From: Vicugna vicugna | Lineage: Eukaryota | DNA length: 64,000 nt | Assembly: GCA_013265495.1 (NCBI GenBank) | Contig: MU060042.1 | Span: 5,328,258-5,392,257, forward strand | Direction: 5' to 3' | Shown here: piece by piece, positions 1-11,894 of the stretch | How the letters are laid out: every line of letters begins with the position of its first letter | Numbering within the stretch: position 1 is the first letter of the stretch | Translations under genes and position numbers: made by a program | Notes under the pieces: generated by a model | What the model was told of the DNA's origin: nothing | Databases searched by the model: none | Seen by the model: the letters and a program-made list of their open reading frames with translations, nothing else

Positions 1-3000
1 TTCTAAAACCGTCTTTTTAAACACACGTACCTCAGACTGCTAATGCCAGCAACGGGCGGTCATCAGAACGCCCACGGCACTCACGCTGGTGTTGCCAGCC
101 GCCTTGGTGTGACTTGCAGTGCCTCGGGGAGAATCGGTTTAGTCGATTACCACGCGCTGGGGACCTCGCACGCGCCTTGCTTTATCTCCATTCTGTAACC
201 GCCTCGCAAAAGAGGCTTCATTGTCCTCGACACAAGGCTGAGGCAGGAGTGCAAGGGGCCCCTGGTTTCACCTCTAAGGTGCCTCCCAAGGACGTTATTA
301 GTGTCTTAGGACACAGCCAGGCAGGCGGGTCCTCCTGGACTCGACTTGAGGACCGCCCTTCAGAGACCTCCTGGTCTGAGCGTGAATTTGAGGTGAGGGG
401 GGGTAAGAACCCGTCCATCAGCTGGATCTGCTGGACCCGCCCTGACGGAGAGTCTGACTCCTTACATTCAGAGTCACGTTCACCCCACCAAGGGGCCTCG
501 GGGTGATGGCCTCGCTCGGGTGTGTTCCCTGAGCTGTGGAAGCCTGTTTCATCACACTGAGCCTTGTCCCAGGGGGTCTCAGGGACCCTGGAGAAGCGAG
601 GGTGGGTCTGCTCTCCAGCCCCCACCCCGGTGTCTACACTGTGCTTCCCGCCCACGCTGCCCACCACAGTGCACACGTCACACCGCTGACTTCCCCTCAC
701 CCCTCTCCAGAGGCAGCGTCGGTGACTCTCCTGAGACCCTTGCTTCCTTTACTTTGCTTTGGCAAATCGGAGAGCCCGTCAGGACAGGAGGCACCACTTC
801 AGGGATGAGAGAAACCACACCTTCTTTTTATGCGACGGTTCCCGATTCCAGGAGGATGCTGGGCCCTGTCATTCTGTGCGACGTCCTGGCAGAGCTGGTC
901 AGACTGTACGAATCTGCGAAGTTACCCTCATGCCTCACGTGGCAAAACAATGAAAATGACCATCAGGGCTGGCAGCATAGACAACACCGCTTTCTCTCTG
1001 AGTTTGTCTACACTCAACACTCCAAACGCAGAGCACGATGGAGGTCCGAGGGGTGTGATGCCACGTGGGCAGCAATCTGCAGAAACGTGGTCTACATCCA
1101 CGTGCGGTGGAGCCGAGTCCTGTGCGGCTCTGCTTGTCGCTGTCCCTGCCGCCTACTCATCCTCTGCTCAGCCAAGAACCGCAGGTCCCCCTGTGTGTCA
1201 CTGTCCCCGTCGCTTCCCTCCTCTTCAGCCTGCTGGCGCAGCAGAACCAAACATCACAACACAGAAGGGTGAGGACCACGTGTCTCAGGGGGTGTCTGGG
1301 ATTAAACAGTCAGCAGGGAGAACTCTGCACATCAGAGCGTCAGACAGAAACAAGGCTTTTTCGGGGCCTTTTCGAGGCTTGTGCTGCTCATCAGAGAGTG
1401 AAATTAGGCTGGACCCGCGTGAACATTCGACAGAGGCCCTGTGTCCACGATCCGCCCACGATGGGGGCGGGAAGCACGGGCCACAGAAGCCTCGCACAGG
1501 TGGAGCCTGAGGGCTGGCCCAGGACCGCACAGCGACGCGCTGCAGGCATCTGAGTTCTGCCTCGGGGTCAGTGTCGCCTCCATTTGACTTTGAGCATTTT
1601 TGTGTAAAGCAGACAATGCAACACGTCCTGAGCACGAGGGCGGCACGTGTCACGCTCAGGGAACCGCGTCCCAGCCACCCTGTCTGGAGACGGGCTTGTC
1701 TCCCCCATTTTAACAGTAACCCGAGTGAAGGATGCCTTAGTCCCCGAACTCAGGCCCTTCATCATGTAAAAAAGCTAATAGTTCCACTGTTTAATGAAAA
1801 CAGCAAAATCAGTAAACCAGGATCAGATAATCATTTAGGAGTCCATTCCCTCTCCATGGCTTAAGATTTCTCATTACCGGTGAGCTGGAAACTGGAAATC
1901 AAATTTGGGAAACTAATGTAGGCTAATGATTTAATCTGTCACGTCAACGTTTTCAACTGGAGAACGAGGAGATCTTTAGAGCAGGGGACCCTCTTCCCTG
2001 GCTCATCTTGATTTCATCAAAATCAACAGAAGATTATTTGGGAATTTCTTTAAACTTAATGGAAATGTGCACCTTAATTCTGCACACTTCATCACCAAAA
2101 ATGTGTCTGTACATTCTGTTTTTATACATGCAACACACTTAAAATGTGTTATTTCCTCCACCAGAAATGCAGACTCAGGTCCAGCTGGGCAGACCTGACG
2201 TCACCCTGAGTCCCAGAATGAGAACCCGCATTCCAAGCATGACTTTTTTTTTTACCATCCTCTGACAAACGGCACCCCTTTGGCTAGGCTAGCGCAGGAC
2301 TTCTGCGCGGCGTGCACGTCCTCAGGGAGTTATTTATAACCTGCCCACCTGACGCGTTCTGTGAGAAAGGACACTCACAGTATAAAGCAGTCTTTGCACG
2401 GGCATGATCAGGTTTGGGGGGAGAGTCATTACTTTCTGCTTTTACTCACAGCACATCAGGTCAATTACTTTGATTTTCAAGTTTGTCTGATGAAGCAAAG
2501 ATGATCAGAAGGAAACACAGAGCTCACGCGGTGGCTGTCTAAGTGGTGTGGGGGCGAGCGGGCACTCACCCTCAGAGGGCGCGCTGTGATGGTGGGACGG
2601 GGCGAGAATACGGATCAGGCTGCAATTCCTCGGCTACTTCAGTGGGACGACCTGAGGGTAGTAAAATCAGTGCTTTAATTTCACAGAAAATAGCTTTGAT
2701 GGCAGAGATAGGACGCTACGTTAATTATGTTCATCGTAGTCTGTGAAAAATAAAATTGTCGTTCTGACAGTTAGGTGAGCATGAATCTTTGGTAAGTGGA
2801 TTTGACAAATGAGGAATTGGTGACTGTTTCCCAAACACGTGTGTCTCCCTGGGACTCCCGTGTGAGGTGCGCTGAGAGGATGAGTTGGGGACGGAAGGCG
2901 CCTCAACTTGGCCGCAGCGATGCCTCGTGCATGTGCGCTAGCTGAACGGAGCTGCCACGCGCCCCACCGTCTGACCTCGCTTGAGCCCTGTGCTTCTGCG

Positions 3001-3270
3001 ACCCTCATACGGGCAGGTGGTCTCTGAAGGTGCTTTGCGGGTCCCTGCTGCTCCCCACAGGAGGCTGGTTTTCAATCGCAGGAAAAAGCTTGAATTAGCA
3101 GCCTGTCATTCTGGGGACCAATTCTTCTGGAAGTTTGTGACTAGAGGGCTCCCCCAAAGTATCCCCGACATTTACTGAAGGAAGTGCAAGCCCCGGGGAG
3201 GCACACGTTTCAGGCTCTGCAGAGATCACTAAAATTTAACTCATTAATTTCATCTAAAAGGAAGTGAACT

Positions 3271-3436
3271 TAGATGAAGAACAAGGTCTTACTGTACAGC
3301 ACAGGGAGCTATATTCAACATCTTGTAATAGCCTACAATGAGAAGAGTATATATGTATCAAGTGAATCGCTTTGCTGTACGCCAGAAACTAACACACGTT
3401 GCTGATCAACTACAGTGCAAAAAGAATTTTTTAAAA
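3271..3436 (+). mobile_element. 5'-truncated L1 3' end (cetartiodactyl L1 3'UTR tail)
   Basis: AACAAGGTCTTACTGTACAGCACAGGGAGCTATATTCAACATCTTGTAATAGCCTACAATG...GAATCGCTTTGCTGTACGCCAGAAACTAACAC...ATCAACTACA followed by an A-rich tail matches the remembered artiodactyl L1 3' consensus. No convincing TSD. Confidence 0.85.
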
Positions 3437-4063
3437 TAGCAAACTTCCACATTCTATAAGACATCATTTCCAGTCAGAACTCTAACAATGTAACAACTGT
3501 GACTGCATATGAATTAAAATGTCTAAAGGACTATGAAAGCTTATAAAATGACACAGTGTATTTGAACAAGACTAAAAATGCACAGATTTTAGAAATGCAA
3601 TATTCCCCGTTTTCGCCCACCTATCCGGCTTTTACAGCTGGCTGTCCGTGCTCTGATTATCTGCGGTGACTTTGAAGGAGCTGCGCTGGGCGGTATCTGC
3701 TCCGCCCGGCGGCGGGTGCCCCGTGCAGGAGAACAGATGGCAGCCCCGAGCGGCACTGCGCTCGCTGGGCGGTTCCCCGTCACGGCTCTCCGTTCTTGCT
3801 GGCGGGACCCTTCCTGTTCTCATTTCATGTTCTTTCTTCCACACTCTTCGTGCGTCCCTTTGGGAAGATGCCGGCTCTTGGGAAAAATGTCTCAGCAAGT
3901 GGCTGGAACAACACACGTCCCAAAAGCTTTGGCAAGTATCAGTTTACCTATAAAAATCAGCTCTACTCATTAAGCTGTTGAACTTCCATCTCTGCTAGCA
4001 GAGGTTTTGGGGAGATCACTACTCAGGCCCACTTCAAAGGAATGCGGATCGCAGACTTTCTAA

Positions 4064-4290
4064 TAAGGAACAGCTATACAGAAGACATTTGTTTTTTAAT
4101 CTATTTATATAGAGTAGAGCACAGGGAACTATATTCAATGTCTCGAAGCGACCTATAATGAAAAAGAATGTGGAAAGGAACGTGCATATGTGCATGTATG
4201 ACTGAAACGTGATGCTGTGCACCAGAAGCTGACACGTTGTAACTGATTAGACTTCAACTTAAAAAATTAACAACAAAAACTAAGGAGCAG
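4064..4290 (+). mobile_element. 5'-truncated L1 3' end with inverted 5' segment and TSD
   Basis: 4073-4117 is antisense L1 3'UTR (GCTATACAGAAGACATTTGTTTTTTAATCTATTTATATAGAGTAG). 4118-~4260 is sense (AGCACAGGGAACTATATTCAATG...ACTTCAACTT), followed by an A-rich tail. Flanks are TAAGGAACAG (4064-4073) and TAAGGAGCAG (4281-4290). Confidence 0.85.
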
Positions 4291-7084
4291 TTTATTACTG
4301 CCCCAGCTACATCTGAAAATCTAAAGGGATTTAAAAGTAATTCGGTATTTCTTAGAAAATCTACTTAGATACAGTGGTTAGCCAAAAGAGGCAAATATGA
4401 AATATTCCCATGTGCTTATGTTTAACCAAACTCACAATATTTTGGGGAGGGTTGTATTCAAAGTCGGCTCTTCTGGCTCCAGCACTCAGGCAGTGTCTGC
4501 TGTTTTTTTCCATAATCGAACATTGCTTGGTAAGAAGGTACTCATTACAGTGTTGCTTTTTGTTTGTTTGTTTACCAGCAGAAGTAAAGGAAAAAAATAA
4601 GCAGCATTAGAAGAAATATGTTGAACTAAAGTACTGATGGCCAAAACGATGAACACATCAGGACACGCAGACCGTGCCTTCTGGGCCCAAGGCCACAGCA
4701 CAGGGACGCTGGACTCGGGTCCGACAGAGCACCCCCTTTCTGGGGAACAGCTCTTTTCTCTCTGGCTGAAAATCCCCGGTTCAGAGCCCCAGGTGCCCCT
4801 TCCAGCTGGGAGCCCCCGACTCCGAGAGGCCCGCTCTGCTCTCCCCCTCCCGCTTAGGGTTCTTCATTGTTGTGTTAGTAATACAGCTCATTTTCAAAGG
4901 GATAAATTAGCTCACGTTTAAAAATTATATAAAACATTCCCACAGGAGGAAAAGAGTCAGAAAAGGAACAGTGTATCTGACCGTGGAGGGCTGGAAGCCG
5001 GAGCGGGATGTTTATAACTGACTATGAGCTTGAGTCATGAACGACCCCCCCTGCAGACAGGGAGACTCCAGTTATTCAAATATGGCATATTTGTAGTGTT
5101 TGGCCATTTCCTCTTCACTTTCTGCCATGCCACGCCTCAGGCGGGATCCTCAGAAAAACTCACTCTCTGATTTCGTATTTCCTAAATGAAAAGAGTAATT
5201 AAAAAAAATCAAATTAAAAAGACCTAATGGTAGGAAGACCTCATACCGAGATCTGCAGGTCCCAGGTATGACTGAAGTCTCCTCGTCTGCAAAGAGCAGC
5301 TGTAATTTGGGGGATGTCTTAAATTTTAAAACATCTGTGAACAGTGTTTAATTTCGTCAGCCAGTCCCACAGGAGACCTCACTCAACAGAGCACAGCTAC
5401 GGGGACTGGACCGCCCAGAAGCAAACAGGTCCTCCCACCTGGACCCCGACACTGACGTCTGTCAGGGATACCTGGATGGAGCGAGCTGCATCTCCTCACC
5501 CCTGGGCGGGCCTGGGGGCAGGGCCCCAGCTGGGAGCCTCACCTCCGTCTCCTCTAGAGCCGAGACGGCAGGACAGGCGCAGGTGCTCCTGGCTGAGAGA
5601 TGCTCACGGTCCCCATGTCACCTGGGGGGTATCTGAGGCTCCGTCCTGCACACGTACGAAGCTGTCTGACAAGACCACACATTCTGAGTGTCCCCAGTCT
5701 TCACGTCCACGCCCTTCTCCTCTCCAGTGACCTACCACCCTCAGCGCACACAGAATTTTCACATGACTTATATTCAAAATGCAGCTCCACCCTGGTGTTA
5801 AACGGCCGTTTCAGTCGAGCACTCGCTGTGTACCCTCTCTGCTTCAGCTGGAGTCCAGTGAGTAAGGCACTCTTGGCTCTCGAGAACCAAGCAACGGAGC
5901 ACCCAGGCCACAGCAAGCTCTGGAATCTGTCATGGAGACAAGGACAACTCTGGGGCTTTGCAGACGGTTACCCAGCAGGTGCTGGTCAATTTCACAGCCT
6001 TTGCCAGGAGCCCAGTGCAGCCCAGGCCCGGGGATGGGTGAGGCTCAGGACCCAGAGGGCACCCCCTGCTTCCAGAAAGAAGAGAACGGAGCATCTGTAT
6101 TTCTGAAAATGCACACAGTCAGATAATGTCAGCACTGAGAACGGTGGTCACGGGGATGAGCCCGGGACTAGGGGGCCTGCACACCCAGCTCAGGTGGGGG
6201 GCGCACACCTGCAGGCAGACCCTGCCTGCCACAGCAGAACATACACTCCACGCCCCTCCCCACTTGGGGGGATGAGCTAGGCTGCCTCTCACACCCTCCC
6301 TGGGCCCAGCCTCGTGTGACCGTGCACACGTGCGAGGCCACGGCTGTGCTGAGGGAGGCGATCTGTGAGACTGGCTGGGACAGGGACCCACCCAGAGCTT
6401 GTCTGATCACCACCAGCTCCAACCGCGCTCACGAGCCATGCAGCCAGCTGACTGCTGACTCCACAGGACACTTGCCACCAGCTTTTTTTCTTTTTTCGCC
6501 TTCTCTGAATTGACTCTTCCTCCTGTGTGAGTGCCCGCCGCATCGTGACCTCCTTGCCGGTGTTCTGGGCATGTTGCTTGCAAGGGGTGGTTTTCCTTCG
6601 ACTCCTCTTCTGCGACTCTGAGCGCATCACCCGCGTCTCTGCACAGCTAGCTACACACACGCACGTACTGACAAACGCCCTGGTCCCCGAGAGAGGGACA
6701 TGCCAAAGGCCTCCCTGATTCACGGCCGCTCCGCAGCAAGTGGCACTTGGTAAAATCATGGGCAAAGCACAAATGTTGAAGAAAGAAGACGGTCCGGGCA
6801 GGTTTGTCGTGCGTCTCCTAATTACCTTTGCGTCCGTCCCGCAGTCCCAGCAGCATAAGGGAGGAAGGAGGTGGTGGTGTTTCGCCCCCAAAGAATTTGA
6901 AACCGTGGTGCATTGCGGTGCAGGATCCTATTAATAATTAAACTGTCTGTCACTTACCAACAACATACATTCCAAATTAAATTTAAGCAAAAGGGGAAAA
7001 GAGATCATTTGGGACTGAATTAGTGGGCTTCGGAGAGAAATAAATAATAATCACACATCTGTGTTCTAAGTGGTACGTGCTTTG

Positions 7085-7720
7085 TCAGACAAACAACCGT
7101 CGCCGTCTCGCTGAGCAGAAGCGCTGGGAAGCTCCGGACCGGAGGCCGCCCCGACAGGAGGCTCCTTGCCGAGTGGGAAGGTGCCGGGAGTCGCCGCACG
7201 CGGCCGGCCCCCCGCAGCCGCCGCCTGCCTGCGGGGGCGGCCCGACCCGACGAAGGCAGAGCGCAAGCACCTCAAGCCCGACCGCCGCGGCGGGGAGCTG
7301 CCCGGAGGCCTGCGCTCTGAAGGTTCCAGAAGAGAACTTACTTTCTAATTGATCGGTCTTATTTTGCAAGTGGGAAGAGAGGAAAGACCCAGCCTTCACT
7401 GACAGCGCGCNNNNNNNNNNNNNNNNNNNNNNNNNNNNNNNNNNNNNNNNNNNNNNNNNNNNNNNNNNNNNNNNNNNNNNNNNNNNNNNNNNNNNNNNNN
7501 NNNNNNNNNNNNNNNNNNNNNNNNNNNNNNNNNNNNNNNNNNNNNNNNNNNNNNNNNNNNNNNNNNNNNNNNNNNNNNNNNNNNNNNNNNNNNNNNNNNN
7601 NNNNNNNNNNNNNNNNCTGGCGGGGCGCGCAGGTGCCCCAGAGCGGGCGGCGCCTGGGTCTGCCCCGCAGGCACCTGCGTGCGAAGCCCCTGCTCCAGCT
7701 GTAGCGCTTGTTTTACAAGG
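7085..7720. promoter_or_regulatory. CpG-island-like GC-rich segment interrupted by an assembly gap
   Basis: Dense CG dinucleotides on both sides of the gap (e.g. GTCGCCGCACGCGGCCGGCCCCCGCAGCCGCCGCC; GGCGGGGCGCGC). A GC box GGCGGGGC lies at 7619-7626. CpG o/e was not computed. Confidence 0.6.
7411..7616. other. Assembly gap (206 N)
   Basis: Run of N inside very GC-rich sequence. Confidence 1.
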
Positions 7721-8312
7721 GCCCTGGTTTTGTCTGACACAATATGGAACAACATTTGTCATCCGTTATCAGGGGTGATGGATTCGTTAGCCTGCAGAGA
7801 AACATCTGCTGTGCCTTAATCTCCAGCGTGCCGGCCGATGTTCGTAGGATTCAGCTGCATGAAACCGCGAGCTGGACGGCTGTCCAGTCTGACACTGGCA
7901 GGCAGACAGAGGCAGATTTTATTATCTCCCTGTTACATATTTATTTGTGTCAAATATTTCCGAGAATCCATTCATTACCTCTCCTTTTATGCACTGTTGT
8001 TCTGCGGTGACACGCCATCGACATCGAAATGAGGAATTGATGTTACATATTAAATATGGACATCTGAATGATTATCAGATCCATAGGTGCCCAGCCCGGC
8101 CATCGCCCCTAAATAATGGATGAGGAGTGGATGTGACTCAATTTGCTCCGCGCAGAGCCTCGGCGACCCCGGCCCCACACTTCATCACCACCCCACCGTC
8201 ATCGTCTCCTTCTGTTCCTCTCACTTGGCACCACTAGATACAATCCGCACGTGACAAAGAGCATAACCTTGGTCAAGAGTGAGGATAAAGGGAAAGGATG
8301 GTTTCCTGCTTT

Positions 8313-8420
8313 CACAGGTGGGGACCCACCGGAATCAGTCACAGGTGGGGACCCACTGGAACCCGTCACAGGTGGGGACACACTGGAACCCGTCACAGGT
8401 AAGGACACACTGGACCCAGT
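8313..8420. repeat. 27-bp minisatellite, 4 copies
   Basis: CACAGGTGGGGACCCACCGGAATCAGT / CACAGGTGGGGACCCACTGGAACCCGT / CACAGGTGGGGACACACTGGAACCCGT / CACAGGTAAGGACACACTGGACCCAGT, head to tail with no spacers. Confidence 0.95.
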
Positions 8421-11400
8421 GCCTTGGCTTGCACACTGATACATCACAAGGCTGTGAGCTCCGGGGTTTGAAGGAAGGACGCAGAGACAGGCTGAGGAGA
8501 GCCCAGAGAACAGCACGCTGTGGAAAGAGGACGGGCAGTTTTCTCATTTTGAGGTGACTGCTCTGAATCATCAGCCGGATATAAAACCACGCATCATCGC
8601 TGAGTATGTAGGTGAGTGCACATAGAGCTTTAACATGAAGCTAAACAGAGTGAAACAAATCAGGTGCCTGTGATTCTAGCTATACTTTTGGAATTGTGGT
8701 CCCAAAAGGATGCAAAACAAATCCAATTGAAGCCACAGTATTTGATTCAATTGATTCTTCATATCAGTGGTTTGGGCTTGGACCCTAGAAAACGTGCTGC
8801 TTCTCCCTGCATCACCTCCTCAGAAGTGCAGGCGTGCTTGCGTAGCGGATGGCTTTGTGTTTCAGCAAGTGGCCACCGCTGGACTGAGCAGACCTAGCTT
8901 GTCTTACAGGTGCGTAGACACATGTGGTCGTGGGCAGATGAGCAGCCCGCTGTTCCGGTCGGAGATGCTTCGCAGAAGAGGGGGTCTAAGGGGGCTTGAC
9001 GAGTGAGCAGTTGTCAGGGAGCACGGACCCCACAGGCCAGGCTTACTGACGAGGGCGAGGTGCGTCCATGGCCAGAACAGACTTTCCAGCGCAGGGGTGG
9101 GGGGAACACTGAGTGAGTGAGGTAGGAGCGCCCTTATTTAACAAAGTTTTCTCTGTACCTGAGAGTCCAAGGGAAGTCACTGAAGGTTCCTGCGCAGTGC
9201 ATATTAACACCGCATTTTAAAATACTAATTTAAATACACACAGGATGGCTTCAGGAGAACCGAGGCTGAACAGGACAGTAGAGAGGGTGAGCGGTGACCG
9301 CCCCAGCTAGCCACAGAGGCAGTGCGCCGTGTCCCAGGACTGCCGTCAGCACCACAGACTTGCTGGCTTCCATGGCCGGCACTTACCGTCTCCAGTTCTG
9401 GAGCTCAGGGCCCAGCATGGGTCTCACTGGGCTGCCGTCAAGGTGTCCAAAGCGCTGGCTCCTCCTGGAGATTCCGGGGGGAGCCCACTCCTGACTTTCC
9501 GCGTCCGGAGGGCCCGCGTTCCTTGGCGGGGCCCCTCCTCCACCTGCAAAGCCAGCTGCGCGGGGAGGGGCTCCTTCTATTTCCCCGGCGTCTCTCTGAC
9601 TCCCCCCCTACTTCCACATGGAGGGATCTTTGTCACACATGGGGCCGCCGTGAAAATCCAGGAGACTCTCCCCATGTAAGGTCATCTGTTTCACAAGCTC
9701 AGTTCCACCTGCGACTTTCCCCCTCTTGCCCGGACCTGTACCCTGTTCACGGGCTCAGGGCTTAGGACGTGGCAGCTTCGAACGCCAGTACTCTGCCAAC
9801 CCCAGGCAGCGAGAAGAGGAAAGCGCAAAACTCGAACCAGAACCCGGGGAAACGGTTGCCCTTGAAAAGAGTCATTTCATAGGTCAGCGAAGGAACCTCC
9901 AGATTCCGGTGTGCACAGCCGGACGGGCTGTGTGACAGCTGAGAGGCGCAGGGGGTGGGTGCTGAGAAGCGGGACGGACCAGCCCTCACCACGAGATGAT
10001 GCAGAGCAGGGCCCACCATGCGCCCCCATTGCCCCCACGGCCCCAGAAATGAAACACCGTCTCGTTCGAGCTCATGGAAGCACGGCCTCGAGGTCTGTGC
10101 ACTTGGAAAAGCTCAAGTAAAGCATGTGCCCCCACACCTGCTCCTCACTCCTGCGTGTCCTCGACGACGCCGCGCCTACCTGAGCGCAGCCGAAACGGGA
10201 TCGGTGACAGCCGGCGGCTCACACTGGCTCTTTGGGCTCCACCCGAGGTCGCTGTCAGGTGTCTTAGGAGAAACACTCAGAGCACATTCTTGTGGACTGT
10301 GACTTTTTTGAAGGCTTGGGATAAATTTTAATCCCACAGCAGTGGACTCATCTTGAAATTGCTTTGTTTCCTTACCTGGGCTGTGCTCAGCCACGGGGTC
10401 CCCACACCACGCCCTCCGCCCCATCTTGGCCACCTTCATCTTTGCCGAGAGGCTCCCATTTTCCTTCAGCAGGAAAATGCAAAGCCTTTGTGTCAACACA
10501 TACAGGTGGTTTCAGGTCCTGATTATCTTTTTCCACTTTCTTTTTTTTAAAAAAGAGAAGTTTAAGTAAATCAAAGATCACAGTGAGTTACACAGTGAAT
10601 TACTGATTTTTCTATATTCCTAAAAAAAAATCATTCTTTTGAAACCTTCAGGTGGGAGAGAAACGTTGACATTTGCACCATTACTGTCAGCACCTTTGTA
10701 ACATCGAAAAACCATGGGTGTTTCCAAAGGTCAGAGCAGATTGACGAACCGTCCGCCCAAGCAGTGCCCACAAGAACCCCGTGTCCTCCTGACTAAAGGG
10801 GCACAGAGCTTGAGGAACAAGCACACAGGGCCCTCCTGATTGAAGCCCTCCCAGGTGACACAGTGAGGGCCCAAAGATCTGAAAACTGCTCTGAACCTGG
10901 TCACAGCTGGTGACCGAGGACCCTGACCTGCACCTGCTTTGTAGAGGTGCGTGGGACAGTGTTGGGGCCCTCGCTAAGAAGTCTGTGTTCAGGAAAGTCC
11001 GTTGAGAAGACCAAAAACTGATGGGAAGGCATGTTGTTGGTCCAAGAAGTCCTAGACGGGGAATCCCAGTCTGTTCAGTCTGGGGTGATGGACTTATGCT
11101 GGGACACCTGCTGTGTGTCATCCCTGGGCACAGGTCTTTGGCCATTTGGTTCTGCTTTGGGGACCTCTTGGGGGCAAGTTCATTCCGGCAGCTCTCATGG
11201 CATCTGGTGAGCTGGGGTGCACCGTGCCGTCAGATGGGATGTTCAGGGCAGGAACGAGGTGCCGGGGCCGGTGCCACAAGGCCGCCTGGTTCACCAGCAG
11301 ATAAACAGTGTCACACTTGTCTGTGTTAGGGGACAGTCTATGCCCTAGGGGCATTTGTGAGCTCCCCACACAGAATTGCCCGTGTGTTGCTTCAGCCAAT

Positions 11401-11870
11401 TCAGTGACCCAGGTGGAATCTGACTGAAATACACCTGTATCCGCGTGGCCGTGTTTTTCATCCCTTCCCCTGGACTGAGGTTTTCAAGGTAAAAATGTTT
11501 CCACCTTTGAAAGTGGCTTTATGTGGAGTCACCCAGGAACGGATGGCTGTTTGCTCAGTGCTTTCGTCTCCTGGAGGGGTAAATACACACAGACGCAAGG
11601 CGGTCAGTGGGAAAGGAATGAAGCTTCGAGACGGGAGCAGGGGGCGTCCCCAGCTCACATTAAAGAGGCGGAGTGGGGCCCTTGCCCGGCAAAGCGCTGA
11701 CCGAGCACGAGGTCCTAGGTACCAGTGAGCACCTTCCGTCACCTCTCCTGACCATCTGCGCATGGGGACGCTGGCCGACGCAGACGAAGAGGTGTGAGTG
11801 CTCCCTCCCAACACGGACCAGACCTCACATCCCACACACAACCAGAGTCCCTCCCTCTAGGTCTCCCAAA

Positions 11871-11894
11871 ACACACACACACGCACACACACAC
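11871..11894. repeat. Interrupted (CA)n microsatellite
   Basis: ACACACACACACGCACACACACAC. Confidence 0.9.

Noticed and set aside
8313-8420. 27-bp direct repeats as a possible CRISPR array
   Set aside because: The units are head to tail with no unique spacers, no cas genes are present, and the genome is mammalian.
9346-9359. TCAGCACCACAGAC as a REST/NRSF site
   Set aside because: The left half matches, but the right half (GGACAGCGCC) is poorly matched.
10665-10678. GTTGACATTTGCAC matching a Charlie1 internal motif
   Set aside because: A 14-bp match with no convincing flanking similarity.
10904-10919. 16-mer CAGCTGGTGACCGAGG repeated exactly at 47443-47458
   Set aside because: About one exact 16-mer repeat is expected by chance in a window this size, and the flanks are unrelated.
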